Source: Chiloscyllium plagiosum (lineage: Eukaryota). From it: a stretch of DNA of 36,933 nucleotides. The stretch lies in NCBI RefSeq assembly GCF_004010195.1, contig NC_057720.1, forward strand, positions 5,197,662-5,234,594, read 5' to 3'. The notes under the pieces are model-generated. The model did not search any database. It was not told where the DNA came from and was given only the letters and a program-made list of their open reading frames with translations. Below, piece by piece: positions 12,230 to 23,361 of the stretch. The stretch's first letter is position 1; each line of letters starts with the position of its first letter. The position numbers and the translations under genes are program-made.

Positions 12230-12397
12230 AGTGGAGGGCTCAATCCTAACACAGAATTTATAGTAAAAATTTACAGTTCCGACATGCCACAGCGAGAAAC
12301 TGTAATGACCTCCTCAGGAGACAGACACGAACTGCAACCATTAGGGTACCCTTCGTTGTCTAGTACTTCCCAGGAACTGAAAAACTACGCCCTGTTT

Positions 12398-12724
12398 GAT
12401 TAGATTAGATTAGATTAGATTACATTACATTACAGTGTGGAAACAGGCCCTTCGGCCCAACAAGTCCACACCGACCCGCCGAAGCGCAACCCACCCATAC
12501 CCCGACATTTACCCCTTACCTAACACTACGGGCAATTTAGCATGGCCAATTCACCTGACCTGCACATCTTTTGGATTGTGGGAGGAAACCGGAGCACCCG
12601 GAGGAAACCCACGCAGACACGGGGAGAACGTGCAAACTCCACACAGTCGCCTGAGGCAGGAATTGAACCCAGGTCTCCGGCGCTGTGAGGCAGCAGTGCT
12701 AACCACTGTGCCACCGTGCCGCCC
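12398..12724 (-). mobile_element. Full-length HE1/V-SINE
   Basis: tRNA head with A box (tggcacagtgg) and B box (ggttcaattcc), V-domain, (taatc)n tail. Confidence 0.95.
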
Positions 12725-13408
12725 ATCGGTGTTGCAGACCGTGTTCTTCACGATCTGCAACACATTATCAATGAGTATGAGCACCTCACCAAGACCTTCC
12801 TCACACCTCCATTTCTCACCTTTAAATAGCCACCAAACCTCAAACTGGTCATTGTTTGTCGCAAACTGCCCGGCTTTCAGGACAACACCATACAACCCTG
12901 TCACAGTAGGCGCTGCAAGACATGTCAGAGAGTCAACATGGATATCAACATTACATGTGGGGACACCTCCCATCATGATTGTGGCAGGTACTCATGCGAC
13001 TCAGTCAACGTTGTCTAATCTCATATGCTGCAGGCAAGGATACCCTGAGACATGGTACATTTGAGAGACCAAGCAGAGGCTACGGCAACAGATGAATTGA
13101 CACTGGACAACAATCAACAGACAGGAGTGTTCCCTCCCAGTCAGAGAACACTTCAGCGTTCTGGGACATTCGACCTCAGACCTTCGGATGACCACCCTCC
13201 GAGGCAGACTTCAGGACAGGCAACAATGAAGAGTGGCCGAGCAGAGGCTGATAGCCAAGTTCAGTCCCCATGGGGATGGCCTCAACCGGGACTTTGGGTT
13301 TATGTCACACTACAGGTTACCCTATTGCACTATTCTCTCACACACAACCTCTCTCATACACTCCCACACTCTCACATGCACCCACTTAAACTTATACCCT
13401 TTACACTT

Positions 13409-13453
<45 letters not shown>
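13409..13453. repeat. (TC)n(AC)n microsatellite
   Basis: Read directly, within the Penelope 3' region. Confidence 0.95.
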
Positions 13454-13455
<2 letters not shown>

Positions 13456-13883
13456 CTCTCAGACACTCATATGCCCGGCCCTCACCCCCACTCCCACACA
13501 TGCACAAGTTTGTGGGGTGAACTTGTACTTGCAGAATTACATTTTACTTAGCTCAAAACTGCATGAATCGATGTAAGATTCTGTAAATCAGTTTTTTACA
13601 TTAGAACCAGTCGGACTATTGTGGCACAGACAGTCTCACCCTGGGCAGCTCACACCTTCAATGCATTAGCTGGGCCGACATGACTCCAATTGTTAAAGTT
13701 CACTTGAAAATGTAACTTTTAAATGTTCTGCGATTTACATGTGAAAGAACTGAAACCAGCATGATCATTCTAAAAGATGAAAGACTTAAACAATCCAGGT
13801 CTTTTTCAATATATAATTTCAGTTACATCACACTGTAAACGTTTGCTATAAATTCTGTGTCTTACGATCTTATTCTCCATAAC

Positions 13884-13918
13884 CATCTGATGAAGGTGCA
13901 GCGCTCCGAAAGCTAGTG
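13884..13918 (+). ncRNA. Minimal type I hammerhead ribozyme motif (Penelope terminus)
   Basis: cat-CTGATGA-a-GGtGC-agc-GCTCC-GAA-AGCT-A-gtg. Stem I is cat/gtg; stem II has one mismatch. Confidence 0.7.
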
Positions 13919-14025
13919 CTTCCAAATAAATTTGTTGGACTATAACCTGGTGTTGTGATTTTTAACTTTATAAAAGTTCAAGTTCTTAACTGGAGTACAG
14001 CAAATTTTGAGGATATAAACAAGAA

Positions 14026-14185
14026 TGCTCAAAACAAAAACAGAAGTTGCTGGTTCAGTGACCCTCGAACCCAACACGTTAACTTTGATTTCTGTTCTCA
14101 GATGCTGCCAAACCTGCTGAGCTTTTCCAGCAACTTCTGTTTTTGTTTCTGATTTACAGCATCTGCACTTCTTTCAGTTTTTATT
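14026..14185. mobile_element. Penelope-derived palindromic element (internally deleted)
   Basis: aaacaaaaacagaagttgctgg is mirrored by ccagcaacttctgtttttgttt; aagaa is duplicated at the flanks. Confidence 0.8.
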
Positions 14186-14787
14186 AAGAACTTTCAAAAG
14201 TTGATTGGATTACACTGTTCACAGGCCAAGAGATGATTGACAAGTAGGAGGCCTTCAAAAATATAATTACAAGAGCTCAGAAGCATTATGTTTCTGTTCA
14301 CGTGAAAGGCAAGACTGGTAAGCTTAGGGAACAATGAATGAATAAAAACATTGAAGCTCTAGTCAAGAATAAATAAAGAATCATTATTGGATACAGACAA
14401 CTGGATCAACCGAAATTCTTGAAGAGTATAGTATAGGGGCATTCTTAAGAAGAAAATCAGGATGGCAAAAGGGTGTTGAGGTAGCCTTGGCAGATAAGAT
14501 AATACAAAAAGATTCTAGACTATATTAAGAGCAAGACAGCAACCAATGAGAGAGAGAGTAAGATCCTTGAAAGATCAACAAGGTTTCTTTGTGTTGAACC
14601 TCAGGAGATGAGAGAAATTAAATTAATATTTCACGTCAGTTTTTCCTGTGGAGAGAACCGGAGGTGAGAGAACTTAGAGAAATAAATATTGATGTATTGA
14701 AAACAGTTCACATTACAGAAGAGGAAATGCTGGAGGTCTTAAAAAACTAAGATAGATAAATCTCCAGGACCTGATTAAGTGTATCCC

Positions 14788-15068
14788 AGTTTTGTATGCC
14801 TTGGCATCATAAGTACACATCTAAAAATAATTTTTAAGTGTTGAGGGTTTCTGTCTCTACCACCCTTCCAGGCGAGTTCCAGATTCCCAACATCCTCTGG
14901 GTGAAAAATTTCATCTCCTCTATAACCTTCTGCCCCTTCCTTGAAGTCAATGCCCTCTGGTTACTGACCCTGCCATTAAGGGGAAAATGTTTCTTCCTGT
15001 CTACCTTCTCTTTGTGAAAAACAAATTTCACTGCCCATCGTCACAAAAGCACGCAGATTATTTGTCAT
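14788..15068 (+). repeat. ~280-bp local duplication of 17957-18238 inserted into CR1
   Basis: Near-identical to 17957-18238. The CR1 sequence resumes on both sides. Confidence 0.92.
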
Positions 15069-15447
15069 TGTGGAAAGTCAGGGATGAAATTGCAGGGCCT
15101 TAGCAGAAATATTTGTACCTGTATACGAGGATTGGAGGGTGGCTAATGTTGCGTCATTGTTTAAGGCAGGCTGTAAGGAAAAACCTGGAAAAGATACAAC
15201 TTTGAGTCTGGCATCTGTGTTGGGTAAGTTGTTGGAGATGAGTCTGACAGGTAGGATTTACATGCATTTGGATAGGCAAGGACTAATTAGGGATAGTCAG
15301 CATAGTTTTGGATGAGGAAAATAGTTTCTCACTAACAATTTTTAATCAGGTAACCAAAAAGACTGAGGGCTGAGTGGTAGATGTTGTTTACTTGGACTTT
15401 AGTAAAGCTTTGTCTCGATTAGAGTGGTGCTGGAAAAGCACAGGTCA

Positions 15448-15765
15448 GGCAGCACGGTGGCACAGTGGTTAGCACTGCTGCCTCACAGCGCCAGAGACCC
15501 GGGTTCAATTCCCGCCTCAGGCGACTGACTGTGTGGAGTTTGCACATTCTCCCCGTGTCTGCGTGGGTTTCCTCCGGGTGCTCCGGTTTCCTCCCACAGT
15601 CCAAAGACACGCAGGTCAGGTGAATTGGCCATATTAAATTGCCCGTAGTGTTAGGTAAGGGGTAGATGTAGGGGTATGGGTGGGTTGCGCTTCGGCGGGG
15701 CGGTGTGAACTTGTTGGGCCGAAGGGTCTGTTTCCACACTAAGTAATCTAACCTAATCTAATCTA
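15448..15765 (+). mobile_element. Full-length HE1/V-SINE within Penelope-derived arms
   Basis: Complete SINE. The composite 15413-15806 is flanked by the 15-bp TSD tttagtaaagctttg. Confidence 0.95.
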
Positions 15766-16949
15766 GACTCTGGTTTCCATTATCTGCAGTACTCACTTTT
15801 GCCTAGTTTAGTAAAGCTTTGACAAGGCTCCAAATGGTAGAGTAATTAGTAAAGTTAGATCACACGGGATTCAGGGTGAGCTTGTCAATTGGATACAAAA
15901 TTGGCTTGACAGTAGGACAGGGTAGTGGTGGAAGGTGGTTTTTGGACTAGAGGCTTGTGACCAGCAGTGTTCCACAGGGATTGGTACTGGGTCTACTTTT
16001 GTTTTTTTGTATAAATGGATTTGGATGACAATACAGGAGGAATAATTAGTAAGTTTGTGGATGACACCAAAATTGGTGGTACAATTGACAATGACGAAGG
16101 CTAACATTACAAAGAGATCTTGATCAAGTGGGTCGATGGGCTGAGAAGTGGCAAGTGGAATTTACTTTGGATAGTGCAAGGTATTGCATTTTGGTAATCC
16201 AAACAAGGATATGACTTATACAGTTAATGTAGGGCCTTGGGTAGTGTTGCAGAACAGAGTTAGGGGTTCAGGTAATAATTCTTTGAAATTTTTGTCACAG
16301 ATAGATAGAGTGGTTAAGAAGCATTTAGCATGCTAGCCTTCATTACTTAGACTTTTAAATATGGAGTTGGGACATTATGTTGAGGTTGTACATGATGCTG
16401 GTGAGGCCTCTTCTGGAGCACTGTGCGCAGTTCTGGTCGCCTGTTAAATATACTATTAAATTGGAGGGGGTTCAGAAAAGGTTTACCAGGATATTGCTGG
16501 AAATGGAGGATTTGAGATATAAAAATAGACTGGCGCCTTTTTCACTAGATTGTAGGAGATTAAGGGTGACCTTATTGAGGTTTATAAAATCATGAGGGGC
16601 ATAGATAAGGTGAATGACATGTGTCTTTTCCTTATAGTGAGTGAGTACAAAATTCACAGCATATGTTTAAGGTGACATGAGAAAGATTTAAAAAGGAGAT
16701 GAGGGGCAACTTTTTTTTTTACACCAAGTAATTTGTGTGTGGAATGAACTGCCAGATAAAGTGATGGATACAGGTACAGTTACACGTTTAAGTCATTTGG
16801 ATAAGTTCATGACCAGGAAAGGTTGAAGGGATATGGGCTAGGCACAGGCAGGTGGGACTAGTTGAATCTGGAACTAGTTGAATTTAGAACTATGGTTGGT
16901 GTGGACTGGTTGAACTGTTTCCATGTTGTATGACTCAGATTGCAAAGCT

Positions 16950-17160
16950 AGGAGAAAGTGAGGACTGCAGATGCTGGAGATCAGAATTGAAAAATGTGGT
17001 GCTGGAAAAACAGCAGGCCAGGCAGCATCCGAGGAGCAGAAGAATCGACGTTTCGGGCACAAGCCCTTGAAGAAGGGCTAATGCCCGAAACGTCGATTCT
17101 CCTGCTCCTTGGATGCTGCCTGGCCTGCTGTGTTTTTCCAGCATCACATTTTTCAACTCC
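16950..17160. mobile_element. Penelope-derived palindromic element
   Basis: Long inverted arms and a 12-bp TSD gattgcaaa(g/a)ct. The hammerhead-like centre tTGAAGA-agggc-taat-gccc-GAAACGTC has the first core C lost. Confidence 0.88.
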
Positions 17161-17989
17161 GATTGCAAAACTCCTAACCTTAATTAGGGAGCCGTCAGGC
17201 AACGTACTATTAGAAATATGCAAAGCTGTTACTATCATCCAGTAACATCACAAAAGACAAATGTTTTTTCAAGATCAATTTTGTTGAAACCCTTAGCTCC
17301 CTTTCAGCAACACTAATGAACTCTGATATAAATATTTAAATAGAATTTAGCTAGAAAATTGATTCTTAATATGTTTAGTAAACAAGAGCAGTATTTAAGA
17401 TGCTGCTTATATCTAAAGCTTTACTCACCATCCGTGCTTACTCAAAGCAAGTCAAAAGACTCATACTTCTCTCAGCTGAGAAATGACAATGGCTCTTGAT
17501 CAACAAAAAGTGACTAGATGCAAGATGATGTGTGCTCCCAGTTGCAATTTCCAATGTTCTCTGCTTTACAAAATGTCTGTTCACTAGTGCATATGGGTAG
17601 CTATTCATATTTTAGCAAGGGCACTTCTATAACTACCACTCAGTATATTTTCTGGGAAGTACCAATATGAATACTAAATAAAATTTAGTGCAATGGAATG
17701 TCACTATTCTTTTAAGCTACCCCAATGATAGTCTAGGAGCTAAGACTCCAGAGGCAAACACTAGAAAGGAACAAATGCCATTACTTGAGGATACAGTGGA
17801 GCATTTTCTTTTTAACATCAAACATGGTGCTACCACAGCAACATTACTGATGATGATGATGAATTCACTACAGGCATTCTCCAATATAATCACACCCACG
17901 CTGGTCCAAAACAACAAACAAACTATTCCAATACCATTTACCAGCACTTAAACCATAGTTTTGTATGCCTTGGCATCATAAGTACACAT

Positions 17990-18180
17990 CTAAAAATAAT
18001 TTTTAAGTGTTGAGGGTTTCTGTCTCTACCACCCTTACAGGCGAGTTCCAAATTCCCAACATCCTCTGGGTGAAAAATTTCATCTCCTCTATAACCTTCT
18101 GCCCCTTCCTTGAAGTCAATGCCCTCTGGTTACTGACCCTGCCATTAAGGGGAAAATGTTCCTTCCTGTCTACCTTCTCT
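17990..18180 (-). mobile_element. Old CR1 3' fragment
   Basis: ctctaccaccctt.caggc..gttcca.attcccaac..ccctctgggtgaaaaa, a CR1 3' signature. Confidence 0.65.
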
Positions 18181-18369
18181 TTGTGAAGAATAAATTTTAC
18201 TGCCCACCGTCACAAAATCTCACAGACTAATTTGTCATCATTGAAATGAATCTGACTATTGTTACAGATATTGGCAATTTGGGCAATTATGTCTGTGGTG
18301 GCACATCAACACCTAGTGTCAATGTGCTGTACCATACCTCTACCCCGCCACCTCCCCCCCCAAAAAAAC

Positions 18370-18800
18370 CCTGTGCATTATTTTTATCCAAATAATCAAC
18401 CAAAGCCTCCTGAACACCTTCATTGACCCTGTTTCTCCCACAGTTCCAGGCAGTGTTTTACATACCTCAATAACTTCCTGTGTGTGAAAATGTTTTTTTC
18501 CACACTTCACCTTTGCAGATCACTAAAATTTATGGCCTCTTCTTATTCCTTTGCAAGCGGGTATAGCTTTTTCTAATCTGCACTATTCAGCCTACTTATA
18601 ATTTTTAAAACCTTGATTAGATCTCTTAGCCTTCTTCTCTCCAAGGAGAACAGTCCCAAACTTCCTCAATCTATCCCTCAAAGATTAAGTTCCTCATTTC
18701 TGGAACCATTCTTATAAACCTTCTGCACTCTCTCAAATGCATTTACATCCTTCCCACAATGCAACGCCATAAAACGCCAGCTGAGGTCTAACAGGAGTCT
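18370..18800 (-). mobile_element. Old CR1-clade LINE 3' fragment
   Basis: Minus strand reads GKDVNAFERVQK; same family as 9430-10100. Confidence 0.75.
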
Positions 18801-18832
18801 TCTTCCGCCTCGGAACACTTCAACTCCAGGGC
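18800..18832 (+). mobile_element. Penelope ORF C-terminal fragment at contig end
   Basis: Reads FRLGTLQLQG immediately before the gap. Confidence 0.5.
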
Positions 18833-19332
18833 NNNNNNNNNNNNNNNNNNNNNNNNNNNNNNNNNNNNNNNNNNNNNNNNNNNNNNNNNNNNNNNNNNNN
18901 NNNNNNNNNNNNNNNNNNNNNNNNNNNNNNNNNNNNNNNNNNNNNNNNNNNNNNNNNNNNNNNNNNNNNNNNNNNNNNNNNNNNNNNNNNNNNNNNNNNN
19001 NNNNNNNNNNNNNNNNNNNNNNNNNNNNNNNNNNNNNNNNNNNNNNNNNNNNNNNNNNNNNNNNNNNNNNNNNNNNNNNNNNNNNNNNNNNNNNNNNNNN
19101 NNNNNNNNNNNNNNNNNNNNNNNNNNNNNNNNNNNNNNNNNNNNNNNNNNNNNNNNNNNNNNNNNNNNNNNNNNNNNNNNNNNNNNNNNNNNNNNNNNNN
19201 NNNNNNNNNNNNNNNNNNNNNNNNNNNNNNNNNNNNNNNNNNNNNNNNNNNNNNNNNNNNNNNNNNNNNNNNNNNNNNNNNNNNNNNNNNNNNNNNNNNN
19301 NNNNNNNNNNNNNNNNNNNNNNNNNNNNNNNN
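18833..19332. other. Assembly gap, 500 N
   Basis: Run of N; the round size suggests an unsized scaffolding join. Confidence 0.99.
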
Positions 19333-19617
19333 GTAAGATAAAACTCCATTTTATTTCAGATCAACACACCTCCAAAAGAATCAATCATTTTTGATGAAAC
19401 ACGCACTGTAAAAACCTGATTTTTGCTCATTTGAATGATCGCTGTAATCTCAGCCCTTTAAATTTAGAAAACCGTAATTTTCCCTGCAACAATGCCTGTT
19501 CATTTCTGCACATGGCACAGTCACATTGTAAAATGAGATTTATCATTATTCTGAAGTTCCCTAATAGAAGTTTGAAAATCTCTTTGTTGCTAATATATAA
19601 TAATTGTTCATTTCAGC

Positions 19618-21222
19618 ACATAGAATGTAGAATAAAACAGCACAGCACAGACCCTTTGGCCCACCACATTGCGCTGACCTTTTATCCTACACTAAGATCA
19701 AACTAACCTCCATACCCTTCATTTTACTATCATCCATGTGGCTATACAAAAGTCACTTATAAGTCCCTGATGGATCTGATTCTATGACCACCACTGGCAG
19801 TGCATTACACGCACCCATCATTATCTGTAAAGAAACGATCTCTGACATCCCCCTAAAACGTTCCCCATTTACCTAAAAATTATCTTTTGTGATCAGCACA
19901 TCCATCCTTGGTAAAAGTGTCTGGTTATCCACTCTATCTATGCCTCTCATTATCTTGTACGTCTATATCAAGCCACCTCTCATCCTCTTTCACTCCAATG
20001 AGAACAGCCCGTGCTCCCTCAACCTTTCTTCATATGACTTGCACTGCAGTCCTGGCAGCATCTTGGTAAATCTCCTCTGCACCCTTTCAAAAGCCTCCAC
20101 ATCCTTCCCAAAATTAGGCGAGCAGAAATGAACGCAATATTCCAAGTGTGGTCTAACCAGGGCCCTATAAACCTGCAGCATAACCTCCTGGCTCTGAAAC
20201 TCAATCCCCCATACGCCTTCTTGAGAACTTTATCATCTTGAGTGGCAACTTTGAGGGCACTATGGATATGGTCCCCAAGGTCCCTCTGTTCCTCCACACT
20301 GCCAGGAATCCTGCCTTTAACCCTGTATTCTGCATTCAAATTTGAAATTCCAAAATGAATCACTCACACTTTCCCAGGTGGCACTCCACCCGCCATTTCT
20401 CAGCCCAGCTCTGCATCCTGTCAATGTACTATTACAACCTTCAACAGCCTTCCACACGATCCACCACTCCACGAACCTTTGTGTCATCGGCAAACTTACA
20501 AACCCACATTTCCACTTCCTCATCCAAGTTATTTATAAAAATCACAAATACCAGAAGACCCAGAACAGAATCTTGCAGAACACCACTCGTCACCATGCTC
20601 CAAGCTGAATAGTTTCCATCTACTGTCACTCTGTCATCTGTGGGCCAGCCAATTTATTATCTGGACAGACAGGTTTCCTGTATCCCATGTCTCCTTACTT
20701 TCTGAATGAATCTACCATAGGATCCATATCAAACAATTTGCTAAAATCCTTATACATCACATACACTGTTCTGCCATCAATGTGTTTTGTCACATCTTTA
20801 AAGAATTCATTAAGGTTTGTGAGGCATAACCTGCTCCATGCTGACTATACTATTCCAAATAATCATAAATCCTGTCTATCAGAATCCTTTCCAGTAATTT
20901 GCCCACAACTGATGCAAGACTGACTTGTCTATAATTTCCAGGATTATCCCAATCCCTTTCTTGAACAAGAGAATAATGGTTTCCACCATCTGGTGGACCT
21001 CCAGTGGACAGTGAGGATGCAAAGATCTTTGCGAAATGCACAGCAATCCCTTCCCTTGCTTCCCATAACGACCTTAGTTTAATCCGTTCTGGCCCAGGAG
21101 ACTTATCTATCCCCATGTTTTGCAATATTTTCAGCACATCCTCCGTCTTAACATCAACCTGTTGGAGCATATCAACCATTAAGGACCTCCCATACCTCTT
21201 CCAACTCGTGGTCCACTTTCCC
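19618..21222 (-). mobile_element. CR1 LINE ORF2 (RT) fragment inserted in an array unit
   Basis: DKSPGPE, NPGNYRQVSLASVVGKLLE, SGVLQDSVLG, KFADDTK, YRALVRPHLEYCV. The array sequence continues across it. Confidence 0.93.
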
Positions 21223-21842
21223 TTCACTGTTAGGGGTTTAAATGCGGAATTATGTCTCAGTACTGAATTAATGTAACGGTATTGCAGTCTATAATGTCTC
21301 AATTACAGTGACTATCAAATTGTATTTTAACTGAGGAAACAAATTTGAATTGATTTGGTTATATTTCACTTCATGCTAACAATAAGAGTTTCCTTTTCAC
21401 ATTCGTAAAACTTACTTAAAATTCATCTCACGTTTATGTACAGAAAGTAGAATTGACATCTGTTTGTTCCGTTCTTTATCAAAGACTGTTAATTTTGAAT
21501 TTGTAGAAGTTGTGCATTCTTGGAAGGAAGAGAAATTGTCTTCAGCTGAATATTCACATTGAATAACTGATGCATTTTAAAAAATAAATCAACGTACAAT
21601 GATCACGCAGTCAATTTATCGTTGGAAGAATTGTCATGAGATTCCTATTTACTTAAGAACAACATTCCTTTACTCTATTATTAATGTAAATTACTATTTC
21701 ATTTCCAGTCCATTACACACACAAACTACCTAATTAATTCCCACTCCAATTACTACAATAAACAGCTGATTAGTTTTCATTTGAGAAACCACATTAAATA
21801 TGCCATTACACTCCTGCCCGGCCTGGGTGGGAACATTTTCAA

Positions 21843-21960
21843 AGGAGCTTGTGGAGCTGTGGTAGTGTCTCTACTACAAGACCAGGAGGCAAGGTTTCAA
21901 ATCACACCTTCAATTGAGCTGTATCAGAACAACATTGAATGTTGATTAGAAAATACCTAA
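21843..21960 (+). mobile_element. Short tRNA-derived SINE relic
   Basis: Same layout as the 6597-6790 units. Confidence 0.55.
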
Positions 21961-22362
21961 GCACAGACTTTTCAATCCAACATTAGATCTGCTTCTATCA
22001 ATTATTCGTTGCAATAATCACAAAATCTGATTGTTATTTTTGTCACATTACCAAGAAATATGTGTGCAGGTATCCACCACTTTGAAAAGTTTGTTTTACG
22101 CCACTTTGCTTTTCCAAAATAATTACCATAGTACGTGTTTTCTCTCGCTGAAAGAAATCCGAAGTGGATTTTTGCTTTTAGGAAATTGGGGGATTTTTTT
22201 TCCCATACAAATTAATGCTTTTTCGATTTACACCATTTCAGCTCATGAAAGGTTTCATTGCAATGCTCTACTTTCGGATAGCGGGGGATACCTGTATCTA
22301 ATTACGTTGCTTATAAGTTCCTGAAGAATATTTGAGAATGTTGCAGAAATGGCGCAGAATTT

Positions 22363-22667
22363 GGGTGGCACGGTGGCTCAGTGGTTAGCACTGCTGCCTC
22401 AATTCTGTGTGGCAACTGTCTGTGTCGAGTTTGCACATGCCCCCCGTGTCTGCGTGGGTTTTCTCCAGGTGCTCCGGTTTCCTCCCACAGTCCAAAAGAT
22501 ATGTGGTTTGGTGAATTGGCCATTCTAAATTGCCCGTAGCGTTAGATGGGTTAGTCAGGGGTAAATGTAGGGGAATGGGTCTGGGTGGGTTTCTCTTTGG
22601 AGAGTTGGTGTGGACTTGTTGGGCCGAAGAGCCTGTTTCCACACTGTCGGAAATCTAATGTAATCTA
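22363..22667 (+). mobile_element. HE1/V-SINE with a deletion in the tRNA head
   Basis: Matches the other copies; the segment leading into the B box is missing. Confidence 0.92.
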
Positions 22668-23251
22668 AAGGTTAAAATGTCTAAATCCAATTGATCATTC
22701 TTTTTTGTTTGGAATTGCCACTTTGAAAAAATCGAAACACATGAAACATTATTCATTCATACTACAAATTTGAAATAAAGTTGATTTCTTCTTCAGTAAA
22801 CTAACAAATCACACTACTTATTTCTTGTCAGTCAACTGATTAACTACTTTGTAACTAAATGTTGTGATTCATCTAAATATTACTCTGTCCTTTCATAAAA
22901 ATGATTTTAAAATTATTGTTCAATTTATGAATTGTCAGAAAATTGTTTTTATTTTTCCATTTACCTGTTCATTTTGACTGTAAGATTAAAATGCTTTGAA
23001 AATATTGGAGTGTGTTCATTTGAAAATAAGCTTTTCATATCTCTCACAAATCTTGCTTGTTGCATTGTGGATTAAGAATGTTTCCTGGTGGAATTCCAGT
23101 AAAAGCCAAACATTTGTTGACTTTAACTGAGATCTTAACACCCAATTATCAATCTGTTGTTACATCATATAAAATATATCAATGTTATTGAAATCAATAC
23201 TCACACAAACTATTGCACATAAAGCCACACAAAAGTCTTCTTGGCTATAAT

Positions 23252-23361
23252 GCAAGGTTACAGGAATATGGAAGGGAGATGAGTTTGGGTGAGATAATCT
23301 TCGGTGTAGTAGTGTGCACTTGATGGGCTGAATAATATGCTTCCACGCTGAGAGACTTCCA
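23252..23361 (+). mobile_element. SINE/CR1 3' tail fragment
   Basis: cttgatgggctgaa..gcttccac tail with ataat duplicated at the flanks. Absent from the paralogous unit at ~33425. Confidence 0.7.

Larger units (their letters stand above)
12138..13968 (+). mobile_element. Penelope-like element with inverted ~140-bp termini and GIY-YIG endonuclease remnant
   Basis: Inverted termini at 12138-12277 and 13832-13968. Decayed ORF CDSVNVV(Y)LICCRQGYPETWYI*ETKQRLRQQMN...AEQRLIAKF...GLNRDFGF at ~12990-13320. Confidence 0.9.
10995..16936 (+). mobile_element. Long CR1 LINE ORF2 remnant split by at least five insertions
   Basis: The pieces rejoin in order: LGNKAG..VTDV (11010) | VGEYFG (12115) | KVQVLNWSTANF (13972) | ELSKVDW (14190) | DKSPGPD (14755) | VDVVYLDFSKAF (15380) | SKFVDDTKIG (16050) | LVRPLLEHCAQFWSP (16400). 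3' tail at ~16930. Confidence 0.9.
270..18330 (+). pseudogene. APOB: Highly decayed apolipoprotein B-like pseudogene, fragmented by TEs
   Basis: Ordered fragments vs recalled human ApoB: LAIGKLNY~LKAGKLKF (~395); NLTFGAVARK~DMTFRHVGSK (~2800); IPAWIFIKFTAPITFKL~IPENLFLKSDGRVKYTL (~3035); HTKGLYSSS~YAKGTYGLS (~4770); NIRLLEEQIPLLLS~DLTLLDSPIKVPLLLS (~6900); GNGITNK~GNAIEGK (~7805); HIAVT~HIAWT (~8020); ELGFWNVIGL~DFSLWEKTGL (~8890); SSIT*KPENVEVSL~STVSLTTKNMEVSV (~10630); QYLR~QHLR (~17390); FPMFSAL~IPSFQAL (~17550); KFYCPPSQ~NFYYSPQS (~18195). Each match is weak; their order is the evidence. Confidence 0.72.

Noticed and set aside
12435..13576. ORFs of 141-209 aa as host genes
   Set aside because: They are off-frame reads of SINE, Penelope and microsatellite sequence.
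15448..15520. tRNA genes at SINE heads
   Set aside because: The A/B boxes belong to tRNA-derived SINEs and continue into SINE bodies; no clean cloverleaf.
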